A stretch of 7,631 nucleotides of DNA from Candidatus Jordarchaeales archaeon (GTDB lineage: Archaea > Asgardarchaeota > Jordiarchaeia > Jordiarchaeales > Freyrarchaeaceae), in assembly GCA_038858525.1 (NCBI GenBank), contig JAWCFL010000057.1, forward strand, positions 1-7,631, in the 5' to 3' direction. Shown here one piece after another: positions 6,555 through 7,631 of this stretch (within the stretch, counting starts at the first letter, position 1; each line of letters starts with the position of its first letter). The position numbers were made by a program, and so were the translations under genes. A model generated the notes under the pieces. It saw only the letters and a program-made list of their open reading frames with translations. It was not told where the DNA came from and made no database searches.

Positions 6555-6607
6555 TTTATCCTCAGAAAGGATGAACCTAATCATTTAGGTAAGCCTTTTT
6601 TAGGCTT
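6555..6607. other. Three abutting short inverted repeats at the MFS/ferredoxin convergence
   Basis: TTTATCCT-CAGAA-AGGATGAA (6555-6575), ACCTAA-TCAT-TTAGGT (6575-6590) and AAGCCT-TTTTT-AGGCTT (6591-6607). Confidence 0.5.
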
Positions 6608-6814
6608 TAGTGCACCGTAGAGGCACCATTTAACGCATTCGAGGCATCCCTTGCACCCAGCCAAGAACTCTATGCTAACCTTAGTTCCGAGCCTTGAAAC
6701 TTTTATCATGGATTTTGAAAGACTGAAGAAGCCGTAGTTTCTAAAGGAGCATGCGAGCTGACAGGACAGGCACACCGTGCATTTTTCAGGGTGAACCTCG
6801 ACGAGTTCCTCCAT
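6581..6814 (-). CDS. Small 2x[4Fe-4S] ferredoxin-type protein
   Basis: 77 aa with two CxxCxxCxxxC motifs (CTVCLSCQLAC and CKGCLECVKWC). The 'ACS....S.I.V' segment after the first motif resembles the small FeS partners of aldehyde:ferredoxin oxidoreductases and CooF/HydN N-termini. SD-like GGAGTTGGTGG precedes the ATG. Confidence 0.88.
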   Translation of the reverse strand: MEELVEVHPEKCTVCLSCQLACSFRNYGFFSLSKSMIKVSRLGTKVSIEFLAGCKGCLECVKWCLYGALKPKKGLPK

Positions 6815-6987
6815 TAGCCACCAACTCCTGACCTATTGATAGCGACGTTCACAATAAATGAAAGTTTTTCCGTTGCTGAACCTGCAAGGTTCCTGACGTG
6901 CACGTTTACTTTTTTCGCTGCGAAAATCTAATATGCTAGGCGTCTCCTTCAGCTTTAAGGGTTAAGTGCTTCCGGCAGGGGTCTCCT

Positions 6988-7631
6988 TTGAACGAAGAGC
7001 ATGACGGAGCCTTATGGTTTGCAAGCTTGCAGGGCGAGGGTAGGGTTTTCATGATGAAAGTTAGACCTGTGCATGTTAGGGTTTCGAGGTATCAGAGAAT
7101 AGAGGTTTACGATTCAGATTATTATGGTAGAATTCTGGCTCTTAATGGGGAGATACAGCTTGCATCCCGCTTTAACTCTTACATACATGAGAGCATGATT
7201 CACCCGGTTCTTCTCACGCACCCCAATCCGAGAAGGATATTAATAATCGGTGGGGGAGACGGGGGCTCAACCACAGAGGTATTGAAGCATGGAGTGGATA
7301 GTGTGACCGTAGTTGAGATAGATGAGGAAGTGGTAGAGGTCGCCAAAGAATTTCTACCTGAAGTATCATCCGGCTTCTCTGACCCGAGGGTTAGAATAAT
7401 TTTCGAAGACGGACGCAGCTTCCTCGAAGAGTGCAAAGAGAAGTTCGATGTGATCATAAACGACATGTCTGACCCTGTCGGACCAGCTAGATCCGTTTTC
7501 ACCGAAGAGTTCTTCAGGCTCGTATACGACCACCTAGAAGAGGACGGCTTGTTCGCGACGCACGTCGAATCACCGGATAGTTGTGAGGAGTTCTTCTATA
7601 GAGCGAACGCCACGTTAAAAGCAGTTTTCCC
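6988..7631 (+). CDS. speE: Spermidine-synthase-like polyamine aminopropyltransferase, 3'-truncated by the window edge
   Basis: Manual translation from TTG at 6988 (upstream in-frame stop at 6937-6939; SD-like CAGGGG at 6976-6981): MNEEHDGALWFASLQGEGRVFMMKVRPVHVRVSRYQRIEVYDSDYYGRILALNGEIQLASRFNSYIHESMIHPVLLTHPNPRRILIIGGGDGGSTTEVLKH...VVEIDEEVV...DPRVRIIFEDGRSF...FDVIINDMSDPVGPA...ESP, open to the end. Contains SpeE motifs YQ, GGGDGG, VEID and DxxDP. Confidence 0.9.
   Translation, partial: MNEEHDGALWFASLQGEGRVFMMKVRPVHVRVSRYQRIEVYDSDYYGRILALNGEIQLASRFNSYIHESMIHPVLLTHPNPRRILIIGGGDGGSTTEVLKHGVDSVTVVEIDEEVVEVAKEFLPEVSSGFSDPRVRIIFEDGRSFLEECKEKFDVIINDMSDPVGPARSVFTEEFFRLVYDHLEEDGLFATHVESPDSCEEFFYRANATLKAVF

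Noticed and set aside
7051-7120. ATGATGA (C-box-like) suggesting a C/D-box guide RNA
   Set aside because: It is the Met-Met-Lys coding sequence inside speE, and no CTGA D box follows at a suitable distance.
667-7502. Other shadow ORFs in the track (667-924, 1173-1478, 2271-2459, 2490-2729, 2983-3471, 3828-4043, 4134-4430, 4210-4566, 4524-4799, 5302-5496, 6091-6315, 7200-7502)
   Set aside because: All lie antisense to well-supported genes, have no family motifs and show typical antisense composition.
1-7631. CRISPR array, rRNA or long tandem repeats
   Set aside because: No regularly spaced 24-47-nt repeats or rRNA-like sequence were seen. All intergenic gaps are under 450 nt and non-repetitive.

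Overview
Archaeal genomic window, judged from an archaeal-type Hsp20, BRE/TATA-like promoters, GGAGGTG/GGGGTGG Shine-Dalgarno sites and frequent TTG/GTG starts. The content is compatible with an anaerobic TACK archaeon such as Bathyarchaeia, but that assignment is inference. Left to right: (1) the 5' end of an IS607-family transposase tnpA running off the left edge, not in the ORF track; (2) YjbQ/UPF0047 protein; (3) metallo-beta-lactamase-fold hydrolase; (4) Hsp20 on the minus strand; (5) a stand-alone B12-binding corrinoid protein, tail-to-tail with (6) a UroD/MtaA-superfamily TIM-barrel protein, a probable corrinoid methyltransferase; (7) an MFS transporter; (8) a small 2x[4Fe-4S] protein; and (9) a spermidine-synthase-like gene running off the right edge, also not in the ORF track. 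Best leads: a possible corrinoid methyl-transfer/uptake module whose methyltransferase lacks the canonical third Zn-ligand Cys; a SpeE homologue with a remodelled amine-acceptor pocket; a candidate structured small RNA between hsp20 and the corrinoid gene; and the IS607 left end. No CRISPR array, rRNA or complete tRNA was seen.
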